Shown here: positions 37,927 to 49,785 of the stretch, one piece after another | How the letters are laid out: each line of letters starts with the position of its first letter | Numbering within the stretch: the first letter of the stretch is position 1 | Assembly (NCBI RefSeq): GCF_035594765.1 | Contig: NC_085841.1 | Location: 172,159,574 to 172,223,573 of the forward strand | From: Anolis carolinensis | Taxonomy: Eukaryota | Direction: 5' to 3' | Length of the DNA stretch: 64,000 nucleotides | Position numbers and translations under genes: made by a program | Notes under the pieces: generated by a model | Database searches by the model: none | The model's input: only the letters and a program-made list of their open reading frames with translations | Told to the model about the DNA's origin: nothing

Positions 37927-38584
37927 ACACTATGTAACACATTTTTTCTTCCTGGTTATAAATGTCATTTCTTAATTGGTTCTATTATAAAAACAAGGAA
38001 AAAGTTTATTAAACTGCGAAAACTTTGCAGCACATTTTGTTATAGTTTTTCAATTAATATCTTATGCAGCCTCATCAGGCAGGGTGATTTTAGCATCCTA
38101 GGATACTTTCATCCTGTGTTGGGAACAGAGACCAACGCCAGACATCACAGGATGTCGTGTGACTTCCGACGTAGGCCACACTCCCAACCGGGGTGAAAGC
38201 ATCCCTGGACGCTTCCACCCCAACACAGGAAGTTTCCCGTGTTGTGCTGGCTCCAATGTAGCCAGTAAGGAGCCTCCCCGCAGAGGCGACACTTTCCCCA
38301 TGTGATGGGGAAAGAAACGCCAAGAGGGAGCTGTGCATGGGACAACAGATTTGCCCTGCTGTGTCCTCTTTCCTCGCAGAAGTCCAGCGAAGTGAGATGC
38401 TTCACCTGGGCTTTCTGATGAAGTCTTTAGCGTCTCAACCAATTCAGCATAGTTTGTGGCAGCCGCAAAAACAAAGTTTCTGGAGTATAACAGCTACTTT
38501 AAAAATAAATACCACACAATTGAAGAGGAAATAACACTTTCAAACAAAAAACAGATTTTTTCCCCACATTTTGCTACATAGTGT
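37927..38584. mobile_element. Tc1/mariner-like MITE with a nested ~360-bp GC-richer insert (~38069-38427)
   Basis: TIRs acactatgtaaca / tgctacatagtgt next to TA; the insert is bounded by cctcatcag...ctgatgaag. Confidence 0.65.
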
Positions 38585-39040
38585 TAGCTACGTCACTGCT
38601 CTTCTGGACAGGGCAAAGGATTAGAAGGTGGCAGAATTTGTTGTTGTGTGCCATGCTTTTTTTCAATCTCTAAATGACGTTTTACTAAGGGCATATTATT
38701 TCAGGCTATTTCCTCTATTTTTTTCCAAAATATTTCAGTCTTTATTCCTCCATAATGACCAAAATAACCACATTCAGTTGCTCAAATTCTCCTGTTCCAA
38801 CCCTTTGTTCTAGTTCCCTTCTCCCTCATACTTCGAAATGCCTCACTGTCATGTTTTTATTTTTCAGAAAACTCTCCCTGGAGCAATAAACCAGTAAGCT
38901 CCTGAGCTCATGAACATCACTCTCTGTCCGGCACATGAATTGATTTCAACTTGGGTTGAAGTTGCAGATTTGGAAAGGGAATGGGTGAAAGGAACATCAC
39001 AAGAAACATTTCTCCATGTACTTCGTCAGGTTGTCTAGTG

Positions 39041-39175
39041 CAGTGGTTCTCAACCTGGGGTCCCCAGATGTTTATGGTCTACAACTCCCAGAAATCCCAG
39101 GCAATTTACCATCTATTAGGATTTCTGGGAGCTGAAGGCCAAAACAATTTGGGGACCCCAGGATGAGAAGCACTG
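39041..39175. mobile_element. 135-bp palindromic hAT MITE
   Basis: TIRs cagtggttctca / tgagaagcactg; TSD gtctagtg / gtctactg; same family as 33455. Confidence 0.9.
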
Positions 39176-39644
39176 GTCTACTGAGTATATGGAGGATCAC
39201 CTTTCTCGGCACAGCAGCTGGCTAGTAAGAGTTACATTTTAAAGTTGTTTCCTTGGAGCAAGATCATCAATCAATCAATTTATTAATGCTCCGACCAATG
39301 GTCATATGCATTTACAGAAACAACATCAAACAAACGTCTATACAAAACACTGTAAAATTCAACACTTAAAAGTAGGATGCAAGCAGGATAAAACAGAACA
39401 TGCAAACTATACATTGTGTGGTGCAGCAGCACAAGTGCAACATGTGCTGGGAACTGCACAATTACCGGTAAAATGCCAATGTATAAAATCAGTCATTTAA
39501 AAAACATATGTAAAAATATCAACCAAGCATCTGTAGAAACTCTGTAAACTTCCACAGTTAAAACCACGGTGCCTGGAGTATAAAACAGAGCTTGCAAAAT
39601 ATAACCAGTAAAAAGCCAATATAAAATATCAGTCATGTTAAAAA

Positions 39645-42600
39645 CTAGATAAAAGCATCTCCGGCGCAGTCGACTGCAATGTCCGCAATCAGTCTTGCTC
39701 TGATTTTGTTTGCTGCCAAGGTAAAGAGAGAGACCTTATATGTGATTGTGGAGTTGGTGTCAGATAAAAGGTAGAAGATCTTTTCTGCAACCGTATTCAA
39801 TCGTAGGTACCATAGAATGGGCCCTAAGAATTTATTTCTTGGTGCAGAGTATAGAGTGCAGGCAAACAAATAGTGGGGCAGGTTCTCAATTTCTGAGGCC
39901 CCGCATACGCATATCTGGCTAGGCAAAGGAGTGCCCGAGTATCTACCATCCAGCACTGCTGAGGGCATGCTTTGGAATCGTAGAGCTGTAAAAGCTTGCC
40001 TGAGGTTAGGGAATGTGAGGTTGGTTAGATACATAGCCCTTTCATGGTCGAGTTTGTATAATTTGTACCATGTTGAGAATTTGGAGCTGTTAATAGCCTG
40101 CCTGTCCATTTGAATACCTTGGTTATAAATGTATTCATGCAACTTCTCTCTTGAACTCAGGGTTGAAGGCTCATGAGACAGGGTAGGGTATATGTTCAGC
40201 AATTTCTGATGTTTTAAGCTCCAAAGTTTGCATTCAGATAGATGTTCAAAGCATAGCTTTGGGAAAACCCTAGCTGGGGAATCCTCTACGATTCTCCAAT
40301 AGTTGTATAGGGAGAAGTGAATGCGAGATCTTATGGAGGGTAAACCAACCTCTGCTCTGACCAAGGCTGCTGGAGTGCCAGGTGGGAGTCTCAGCAGTTT
40401 CTTAAGGAATGTATTCTGGATGGCCTCCAATTTTGGTATCTGTGAATCGTCCCATCCCCAGACTGGGGCGCCGTACAGAATCTGGGCAATAACTTTGCTC
40501 TGGAATATTTTCAGAGCTGGGGCAACCAGATGGCCCCCTGCTGTGTTATAAAATCTGAGGATTCCTCCAATAGATTTTAGTGCCACTTCTCTGCTATGTT
40601 CTATATGGGGCTTCCATGATAGAGTGTCTGAAAAATATACACCCAGATACTTAAATTCCCTGCATTGTTCAATCTGATGGTCACCAATGGACCATCTGAA
40701 CTGTGAGTGTCTTTTTCCGAACACCATCACCTTTGTTTTATTATAATTGATGTTCAGCTTTTCTTTGGAGCAGTATATGCCCAGTTTAGTAAGTAGCCTT
40801 CTTAGACCTATTTGGGCGAATGAGACTAACACCATATCATCTGCATATAAAAGAGCAGAAATCTTCTTTGAACCGACTGAGGGTGGGAAGAATTCTGGAC
40901 CTGAAAGTGCTGTTATTATATCATTCAAGTATAAATTAAAGAGTGTGGGTGCCAGCAGACAGCCTTGTTTTACTCCTTTACTGGTGTGAATTGCATCAGT
41001 TAGGGAGCCAGAGGTGCCAACTCTTATTCTAGCTGTGGTGTCAGAGTATAGTGCCTTAATAAGAAACAACAGGCGTTTATCTATATTAGTGTTGGTCAAT
41101 TTTTGCCACAACAAGTTTCTGTCAATTGAATCGAATGCTGCAGCTAAATCAACAAAGGCTACAAATAGGTGTTTAGTTGGTCCTGCGATTGCTTGTTGGG
41201 CTAGGAAGTACAGAGTCAAACATTGATCAATTGTGCTCTGACCTTTTCTAAAACCAGCCTGTTCAGGGTGAATAATGTGGTTAGCAGATTCCCAATCCTC
41301 TAATTTGTTTAATAGGTGTTTGCTATATAACTTAGAATCAATATCTAAGAGGCTGATGGGTCGGTAATTGTTGGGGTCTTGTCACCCTTCTTGTAAATAG
41401 GAACAACTATGCTCTGTTTCCAGCCCTCTGGAATTAAACCTGAGTTGTTGATATGTGTAAACACTTTAGCTAATATTGGGGCCCACCATTCTGGGAAGTT
41501 TTTAAATATTTCTGGGGGCATCATGTTTTCCCCTGGAGCCTTACCCAAGGCTAAAGCTGCAATCAGCTTCTTTATCTCAGAGATTGTCACTGGCAGCCAG
41601 AGTGGCAAACAGGACATTTCAAAGATAGTTGGCGGATGATTCTCTGAGGAGTTAGCTCCATAGAGTCCACTAAAGTGAGTGAACCATTGCTCGGATGAAA
41701 TATGCCCAAGTACTACCGGTCTGACCATATGCATTCCTCTAGAGGTTATATCCCAGAACAGTTTCTCATTCTTTTGCGTCACTGCTAAGGCTAGTTGTTT
41801 CCACTGTTCTTTGGCATATATGTCTTTTTTTTGCTTTATAAGAGCCTTATAAGATACCCTCATTGAAGCTAGGATAACAGCTGTATTGTTGTCTTTATTT
41901 CTAAGGGCCTGTCTAGAGTAGTCCATCAGTGCCTTCCTGGCGCCTCTACATTCTGAGTCAAACCATCTATTGGTTCCCACTTTGTTGGGGTTAGATTGTT
42001 TTTTACAGACCAATGTAGGTCTGAGATTCTGGATGATGGATTGGTAGGCAAGTAATATATCTGAGTTGGAGTCTAGGATGTATTGGTGAAGATTTTTAAA
42101 AGGAGTACTCTCGATTATGTGGTGAAGGGAGTTATCTAAATTGACAGACCACCTTATTTTCTGCTCTCCCATGTGAATTCCATTTAGATTTTGACAGGGC
42201 CGTGATGGTGGGTACAATTCAAAGTCAAATATCAGTGACAGAGGGAAATGGTCACTTTCTACCCTATTTTCGACTGCAAAGCTTTGTATGTCTGGGAGCA
42301 GGTTGACAGAGGCTGCCATGTAATCTATTGTGCTAGCTCCTCTGTTAGTGACATAGGTGTAGGCACCCTGCGTTCTATCATATTGGGTTCCATTAAGACA
42401 CTGCAAATTGTGGAGGGAAAGAATCTCTAAAAAGCTCCTACCTGATTTGTTGCTGTTTGAGTCTTGTGAAACCCTGGCAGCAGGTGTAACCTGGAAGACT
42501 TGTCCAAAATTTGTGCCCTCCACCTGTTTCAATTCTGCCCCAATTCTGGCATTGAAGTCTCCACACAGAAGAACCTTTGTGGAGGGGTATTGATTTTCTA

Positions 42601-43006
42601 ATAGCGTAAGGGTTTCGGATAGGCTAGACCAAACATTGTTAGGGCCTCAATTTTTTGATAGTCTAGGTGGAAAATAAACATTTATACAAATTAAACCACC
42701 AAAATGCTTGCACTTAACGAGAAGGGCCTGTATGCATTGAGGGTGGGTACTAACCAAGGGTTGGATGTCGACTTGCAGTTCTACTGAGATAAGTGTAGTG
42801 AGGCCACCACTGCCTCGACCTTTAGAACTTGTTTTTACAGCTGGAACTGAGAATGATCTAAAACCATAAAGAGAAGGTAAGTTAGCTTCTTCAGCCCATG
42901 TCTCTTGCAGACAAATTATTCTAAATGTTTGCAAATACATTGCACAGTCTGCATCATGGAATTTATTTGACCACCCCATAATGTTCCAGGATAACAAATG
43001 TAGTTG
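39645..43006 (-). pseudogene. LINE ORF2 (APE endonuclease - reverse transcriptase - zinc knuckle), ~1120 codons, with one in-frame TGA (42647-42649) and one frameshift (~41377)
   Basis: APE motifs SWN, CLQETW, GDFNAR, STIDY, SDHFP; RT motifs NYRPISLL, EQAGFR, FVDLAAAFDS, GVKQGCLLAP, YADD, FKYLG; track ORFs 42647-42997, 41345-42532 and 39645-41219. Confidence 0.93.
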
Positions 43007-44306
43007 TCAAGATGTTGTAAGCAAATCTGGATCACCACCAATACCCAGGGTCATAGTCTGCACTGGGACTTTTAGGTTAGAGGACAGTTCTTGTGGAGGG
43101 GGTGTGTTGTTACCCCTCCTAGGTTCCAAAAGTTGTATTGGGGATGTGGTTGCGATCTCTTCCTCATTCATCGCTAGTAGGTCGACTACAGGGCCTCCCT
43201 CCAGGTTCCTCCTAACATGAGAGGGCTCATCAATAGGCACTAAGTTTATCAACGGTTCAGCCAAGTCCTTGGTGGTAAACAGCTTGTTCTTAAGGTGGTC
43301 CAACTTAAATGTAATGTCACATTGTTCATTGCAGGATGAAATAGTTGGGTCCTTAGACTGTTTCTGTGTTGAGATACTGGAAATTTTGGCTGGGCTGGAT
43401 TGCAGTCTGTTATCGCAAGAAGTCTCCCTGGGAGTGGTCAAACATCTGGCATGCAAAGGAGTTATCAGAGGGGTGATGTCCAAGTCTCGAAAAACCCGTG
43501 TTGGACTTATTTGGAAGTTGTGCAGGAAAATTCTCATCTTCATCAGCATAGTTGGTATTGTGGGTTGCTGGAATGTTAGAAGGATTCTTTTGCCTGCAGC
43601 TACTTGGGGAAGCCACTCCACTTTAAGTATATCAATGCTGTGGGGTTGTATATGTAAAAGTTGACTCAAAGATGTTTTGATGGCCCTTTGTGACCCCCAT
43701 CTTCCCTTGTTTACTCTGATGTTAGCAATTTGCAACATTGTCTGTCTTGCTTGTAGGATCCTGTTGCAACTTTCCTTTTGCAACTCCTTAGTAGGGACAG
43801 CTGAGTGGCCCCTATCCACCTTTCTGGGCTCTGGGCTCTGGGCAGACCACTGCGCTGGGCTTTCTTTTAAAGCTGTATTTTTTTGAACTAAAGAATCAAA
43901 TGAAAGCTTAAGGAGCTCAAGTTGTTTTGTAATTTTCTTTAAATGTTCAAAAATAGATACAACAGTGTCGACAGTCAGAAGACATTGTTTTGTCACAAAG
44001 TCAGGTGGGCATGTTTGTTGTTGTTTAGCATATTGTTGTATCTCTGTAATTGACAAATTCTCCCCAGACATATCTGCCCCAGATGAATCCAAGGACACCC
44101 CTTCATGATAACCAGCCAAGTTGCAAGAACATATGTTTCCATTATCCAAAGCTGAAAAGCTATTATCAGTAAGCAGAGTTTTTAACACTGGCGTACTCAC
44201 GGTTTCCTCCCCAAATAATTCATCTATTTTGAGTTGTTTAGAGGGCTTGTGAGGTCTGGCTGTCTCAGGGCTTGTCCTGGTCCGTTTTTTTTTTTTTGCT
44301 TCCCAT
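43007..44306 (-). pseudogene. LINE ORF1, ~432 aa (basic N-terminus, coiled coil, putative RRM-like region); one extra A in an A13 run
   Basis: ATG GGA AGC at 44306 is followed by A13; with A12 it reads MGSKKKKRTRTSPE in frame with track ORF 43007-44338; heptad-like IFEHLKKITKQLELLKLSFDSL. Confidence 0.8.
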
Positions 44307-44467
44307 TGCAAAGAAGATAAGAATAGAAGAATGTTCAAAACAATGAACTGTTGTGCCCTGGTAGCCTAATAACAGCAGAGATATCGGAGCTCCTTCAAAC
44401 GCTTCCTATCACGCCGGCGCCATCTTGTTTCTCCTGGAGCAAGATCACTCTCGCATACAGACACTCA

Positions 44468-44617
44468 GGCCTCTTCCACACAGCTGTTTAAAATCCCACA
44501 TTATCTGCTTTGAATTGAAATATATGACAGTGTGGACTCAGATAATCCAGTTCAAAGCAGATATTGTGGGATTTTGTGCCTTGAATTCTGGATTTTATGG
44601 CTGTGTGGAAAGGCCCT
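44468..44617. mobile_element. Harbinger-like MITE
   Basis: TIRs ggcctcttccacacagc / gctgtgtggaaaggccc. Confidence 0.85.
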
Positions 44618-44776
44618 TAGTGATGCTGTAAACCTAGGCACTGTGGAGGAGATTATCTATGAAGGTAGCTTGTATAGAAGGGTCATTTTGCTTGAAGGTA
44701 ACAGATACAATAACAGCATGATACCAGTGTATCAGTGTAGTGCTATATGTGCAAGGATTTTGAAAAATTAAGGTAG

Positions 44777-44913
44777 CACAGCCCTATATCCCAGAATATC
44801 AAGGCAGAAAATCCCACAATATCTGCTTGGAACTGGGTTATCTGAGTCCACACTCAAATAATGTGGGATTTTCTGCCTTAATATTCTGGGATATAGGGCT
44901 GTGTGGAAGGGCC
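44777..44913. mobile_element. Harbinger-like MITE (palindromic, left TIR truncated)
   Basis: cacagccctatatcccagaatat ... atattctgggatatagggctgtgtggaagggccc. Confidence 0.8.
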
Positions 44914-47313
44914 CTAAATTACTTCAAGGCACACAGCAACAACAATGGTTGGAACAAAAAACAGACACTGTAGGAATGTTTCAATACATCTGAGAGGGAT
45001 GTGAAGGGGTTGGACACACCCACATCTAATACCACAACCTGTTCATAAATAAAGCTGGATGTGTTACCTTTCACATGAAGGTTTTTTTAAGTCAGGAAAA
45101 CATTTGAATGAAAGATGACAAATACCAAGAATGATGTGAAATAAATTGATACAGATGTCCCAGGAAGGATAAGTCCTAAGACAATGAAATAGCTTTAGTT
45201 ACATTGCATACAGGTGTTAAAAAGGTATAGAAGCTTTTCATTCAAAGATTTGACAAAGGCTACTGCAATTTGTTTGATATATGTCTCAGTTTTGTTAATT
45301 ATTTCATAACTGTATACAGCCCTTCCTAAACCTGTGATACATTTTAGAAGTTTGAAAAGTGGCCAGGCCATTAACTAGAAAATATGCTGTCAAACAAGAC
45401 AGCAGGCCGGTTAGCAACATTATGACTAAGGTCCGATTTCTGAAGTGCTTGAGAAGAGACAAAAAAACATTTTCTCATATTATGGGTGGGGAAACCAAAT
45501 GAAGTTTAGTCATGCAGTCATTCACAATTACTCCAACTTTGCAGATACTTTATTTTGTAGCCTGACTGCCTGCAGAACAGGTATTGAAGATGAACCTATG
45601 GTGGAGCCATTTGAGGAGCCATTTTTTTGAATTTGTTTAGAGACTCTAATAGAGCAAAGCAGTCTGGTGAAAAGTGTTATTCTCTATGCAAGAATGGATA
45701 GTAAGTAAATTGTTTTTAGAGTTCATCTGATACCCTCAAAATGGACAACCCTATGGCTCCAACCCTATGGCTCCATCATCCAAACGGCGTGCTTACTTTC
45801 AAGTTTACAAATCAAAGAGAGTTATTTATTTAAGCAACATGCCTTGCCCTTAGGAGAAAGTTTATTCAGGTTTGTAATTCTCCTGCTTTTAGACTCAATT
45901 CAAAAGACACAAGGGTACCTTCACAAAACATTCTTCACTTAATCATCCCAAAGCCACACTTTTAAGACATAACAGTGAAACCAATAATTATTGTTACAGT
46001 CTAATTCAGTATGGCCTGTCAAGACTGCCTGCACGCGCACAGTGGGGTTTGGCTTTCCTGTCATGTGAGAAATGTGTCAGGGCTTCTTTAGCTCTGCTGA
46101 CAACTTGTCACTACGGATAATTTTATGCCTCTCTGTGAAGCCTAAAAGTTTCATACAGGCCACTAAATGTAAAGATTGGCAAGCCTTACATTTATACCTC
46201 TATAGAACCATTGGTTACACTGTACATTCTGCCTAAGGTTCACTGAAGCATGAAAAAGAGTTTAGAACCAGGAGTCTAACAATTTCTTCAAGCAGCCCAC
46301 CAGACTGAGCAACTTTGAGCTGGGATTCCCCTATTTATAACATAAATGTCCAGGATTTAGTAGTTAAAACATAGTTGACCACCATAAGTTGCCAACTTAT
46401 GGTGACGATTTAAGAGCTGAAGTTTTCTTTTAATTCTTTTTTAATAACACTCCGAGATGTGCTGGACCTCATAAGCACTGATACAAATGTTCACACAAGC
46501 AGATTTCTTGTCATTGTCTCTCCTCACCCTCCTGCTGCCTTTACATTTGCCCTCTTGAACCCTGATTTCCCTTGGGGAAATGCCATGCCATGTTGCTGCC
46601 CTCTGTAAATTCAAGCTCTGTTTAATTTAATAAACATCAGAACACAGGAACGGTTACATAGAGTTCTCATGGGAATTGCTTTCCAATTGTGCTTCCATTT
46701 AGCCACCTGTGTGTCCATGGCTCCATTTGTTTACAGCCCTCATCAGCTGTTTTTGGCAAATGTCATGTAGCCACCCCACCCCTTTTATTCAGGTTTCCTC
46801 CACATTCTAGGGCCTGTGTAGAAGGGCCCTTACATAGCTAACATGCTAACAGTGGCCTTTACTGGTCATAAGTCAATCTTATGATTTTTTCCTCTACCTG
46901 CAAAGACTAGAGTCCTGCCCCTAGACTTACTAAAGGTCCCCCTACAGCCATTTTGTGCCTGGTGAAGAGTTGGGAAGAGAATTAGAGAAGCATCTGGCTG
47001 CATCCTGTGGTCAGATGAGAAATAATTACATTATCCATGGAGACCTTCAAATGACTCAGGAGACATAGTGGCTCTATAGTAAATCAGGGTGGGGGGGAGG
47101 GCACAGCCAGTTGTAAAATAGTTCTGCATGCTGAATTACCTCACTATGCTGAGCCATAGAGGATTTAATCATAATCTTCTTGTCATCTTTACAATAACTC
47201 TGAAAGGTAAGCCATCTCCAAGGTTAAATGGTACTGTGTGCTGTATAAGTGGTTGAGTTTTCCAGAACCAGCAGGCAGGATGGTAAATGAGGAAGCAAGC
47301 TAAAACTTGCTTT

Positions 47314-47420
47314 AAGTTTTTCGGGCTGTATGGCCACGTTCCAGTACTGGAAAATGAACATACAGCCTGAAAAACTCACAGTAACCCAGTGATTCTGGTC
47401 ATGAAAGCTTTCAACAACAC
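47314..47420. mobile_element. Penelope pseudo-LTR fold-back remnant
   Basis: agtttttcgggctgtatg...ttccagtactggaa...catacagcctgaaaaact, then the pLTR end tgaaagctttcaacaac. Confidence 0.8.
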
Positions 47421-47654
47421 GCTCAATTTAAATTTTGTTAGGATCTTAAGATGAACAAAGCACAGGTCTTCAAATCAGACTCTACAGGATACTGAAGTTT
47501 CAGATGGATCCTGAGACTCACCTCTGTTGGAAATCACCATGTTAGAACATAAAAAAGAGGAAGGGAGAGAGCGGGGAAGAGAAGAAATGTAACAGCATCT
47601 TTAAGTCTAACTGGTTTTAAATTTAAATAGAATTAAATAGTCTAGGAAAAACGA

Positions 47655-48130
47655 GAAAACAGGGTGGACATTAGTAAAATGAAATTCAACAGGGACAAAT
47701 GCAAAATTCTACATTTAGGCCACAAAAACAATATATATATATGTGTATATATATAGGATGAGGGATAGATGGCTCAGCAGTACTATATGTGAAAAGGATC
47801 TCGAGAGTATTGTTGATCATACATTGAGCGTAAGCCAGCAATGTGATGCTGCAACAAAAATTGTGAATGATATTTTAGCCTGCATTATTAGAAACGTATT
47901 TTCTAAGATGAAGGAAGTAATAATCCTACTATATTTTACTGAAGTCAGGCCTTATCTAGAATCCTGTGTTTCTGTTCCAGATGCCTCATAGGCGAGTTGC
48001 AGCAGATTCAGGGAGGGGCAACAAAGATTATAAGAGGCATAGAGAACAAAACGTATGGGCCAAGGTTAGAAGAGCTGATCGTATTCAGCTTAGTGAAGAC
48101 AAGCTTGAGGGGAGACATGGTTGTATTTAT
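47655..48130 (+). mobile_element. CR1 ORF2 fragment
   Basis: KMKFNRDKCKILHLG; EKDL..IVDH.LSVSQQCDAA; VRPYLESCV; ATKIIRG. Confidence 0.85.
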
Positions 48131-48292
48131 CCTGTCATTCCCAAGCCATTGGCAATGTACAAACTTCCAAAAACAGATGTACATGCCTTTGTGGAAATAG
48201 GGATTTCATGTTTGTGTGATGTGTCTGTGGCACCACCTAGTGGGTACTATTATCTCTTTTTTATATTCTTAATGCAGAATATAGTATAGGCA

Positions 48293-48905
48293 CTGGCAGT
48301 CCCAAGTTAAAAACAAGATAGCTTCTATAGGTTTGTTCTTAAGTTGCATTTTCATATAAGTTGGAACTGGTACGTTTTGCAGTGTAACTTTTCTATCTTT
48401 GGATAGCATAAGTAAAGGTAAAGGTTTCCCCTGACGTTACGTCCAGTCATGTCTGATTCTGGGGTGTGGTGCTCATCTCCATTTCTAAGCCGAAGAGCCG
48501 GCGTTGTCCATAGACACCTCCAAGGTCATATGGCTGGCATGACTGCATGAAGCGCCATTACCTTCCCGCTGGAGCGGTACCTATTGATCTACTCACATTG
48601 GCATGTTTTCGAACTGCTAGGTTGGCATGAGCTGGAGCTAACAGCAGGTGCTCATTCCGCTAACACCCCTGTGATGTATGTTTTGCTGCCTATGCCCCCT
48701 TTCACAAGATTTCACCTCCCTTTCTGTCCCTATGCAAATTGGATTGTTGTGAAAGCCATGATTGGTGATAAAGCTTCAGTTGAGAACTCCTTTTCCACAT
48801 GATAACTCTTCCAGAAGTGAATATCCCTTAGGAATAGATTTCTCTCACTTCCTGCTGTCTCACCTCTGTTTTTATCGGATGTTTGTAATAGGGAGTCTGC
48901 CTGTA
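48293..48905. mobile_element. Tc1/mariner (Tigger-like) non-autonomous element interrupted by a Sauria SINE
   Basis: Ends ctggcagtcccaagtta ... gggagtctgcctg-ta. Confidence 0.65.
48412..48660 (-). mobile_element. Sauria-type SINE, 5'-truncated
   Basis: (ggtaaa)n, i.e. the (ACCTTT)n tail, followed by ttcccctgac...ggtacctattgatctactcac. Confidence 0.9.
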
Positions 48906-49212
48906 TTTGCATTTCCCCCAGCAAAACAATGAATGGCAACAAAGCTGTGCTTCAGTGTAGCCACTGGTGTGTTAACTTCTTCAAAAGGTCAGCTTCTTTA
49001 GTTCCAAAAAAAACTACCACTTTCAGAAAAATGCAACTTACATATAGACTGGTGTTCACATTGCACCATAATTATGTCAACGATGTTGTGAAATGTTAGT
49101 ATTCATTTTTATAAAGTTTCATTGATGTAATATGCCATCTACAAATGATTTCAAGTGTTTATTCCTTGGATAAGGCCAGTACTTATTTATGTGGTACATA
49201 TCTTTGACTCAG

Positions 49213-49359
49213 GCCCCTTGTACACTGCCATATAAAATCCAGATTATCTGGTTTGAACTGGATTATATTATAGTGTAGACTCGGATAATCCAATTCAAAG
49301 CATATAATGTGGATTATCTGCTTTCATAATCTGAATTACATGGCAGTGTAGAAGGGGCC
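49213..49359. mobile_element. Harbinger-like MITE
   Basis: TIRs ggccccttgtacactgcca / tggcagtgtagaaggggcc. Confidence 0.85.
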
Positions 49360-49479
49360 TTAAAGTATTGAGCATACCACAACAGTTGATTGTGCTAATG
49401 GGTAACCCATACTTAGGATACAATCAGGACATAATAGAAAGAAACCCAAGTTTTCAGTTGGCAAGGGGACCAGACAGTT

Positions 49480-49785
49480 TGTCATCTTATCTCTTTAACT
49501 TGTATGATGAATATGCCATACATAAAGTAGGATGAGCTTCAGGAGAAGGGGATGTGAAAATTGGGGAAAGCAATGTCAATAATTTCAGATATGTAGACAA
49601 AAGCATACCACTAGCAGAAAGGATCTGGAATGACTACTGAAGAAAGCCAAAGGGGAAAGTGCAAAGGCAGGCTTACAGTTGAATGTTAAGAAAGCAAAAA
49701 ATAACGCATATGATTTACATAACTTTAAAATAGACTATTAAGGTATTGAAATAGTTCAAGATTTTTTATACCTTAGCTAAATCAT
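49480..49785 (+). mobile_element. Degraded RTE (BovB/RTE-type) RT fragment
   Basis: LFNLY.EY...KIG..NVNNFRYVD...LAE..DLE.LLKK.K.ESAKAGLQLNVKK. Confidence 0.75.

Larger units (their letters stand above)
39267..44434 (-). mobile_element. Full-length two-ORF APE-type non-LTR retrotransposon, probably RTEX clade
   Basis: TSD tggagcaagatca at 39254-39266 and 44435-44447; 5' UTR with aagatggcg; ORF1; ORF2 with APE, RT and C-terminal CxC..H..C; 3' UTR with aataaa and (ttga)n tail. The clade call rests on the C-terminal pattern AEVG...LRF...GRY...ICVC...HYLFAC..Y...R and is the less certain part. Confidence 0.9.

Noticed and set aside
42647-42649. Second in-frame TGA as another readthrough site
   Set aside because: Context TGA GGC is not leaky and it falls mid-domain; most likely a point mutation.
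44307-44338. Track start MNILLFLSSLQWEA for ORF1
   Set aside because: This is a TTG start in the 5' UTR; the ATG at 44306 with a one-base homopolymer slip explains the N-terminus better.
45747-45774. 14-bp direct duplication (also an 18-bp duplication near 56749-56784)
   Set aside because: Ordinary slippage duplications.
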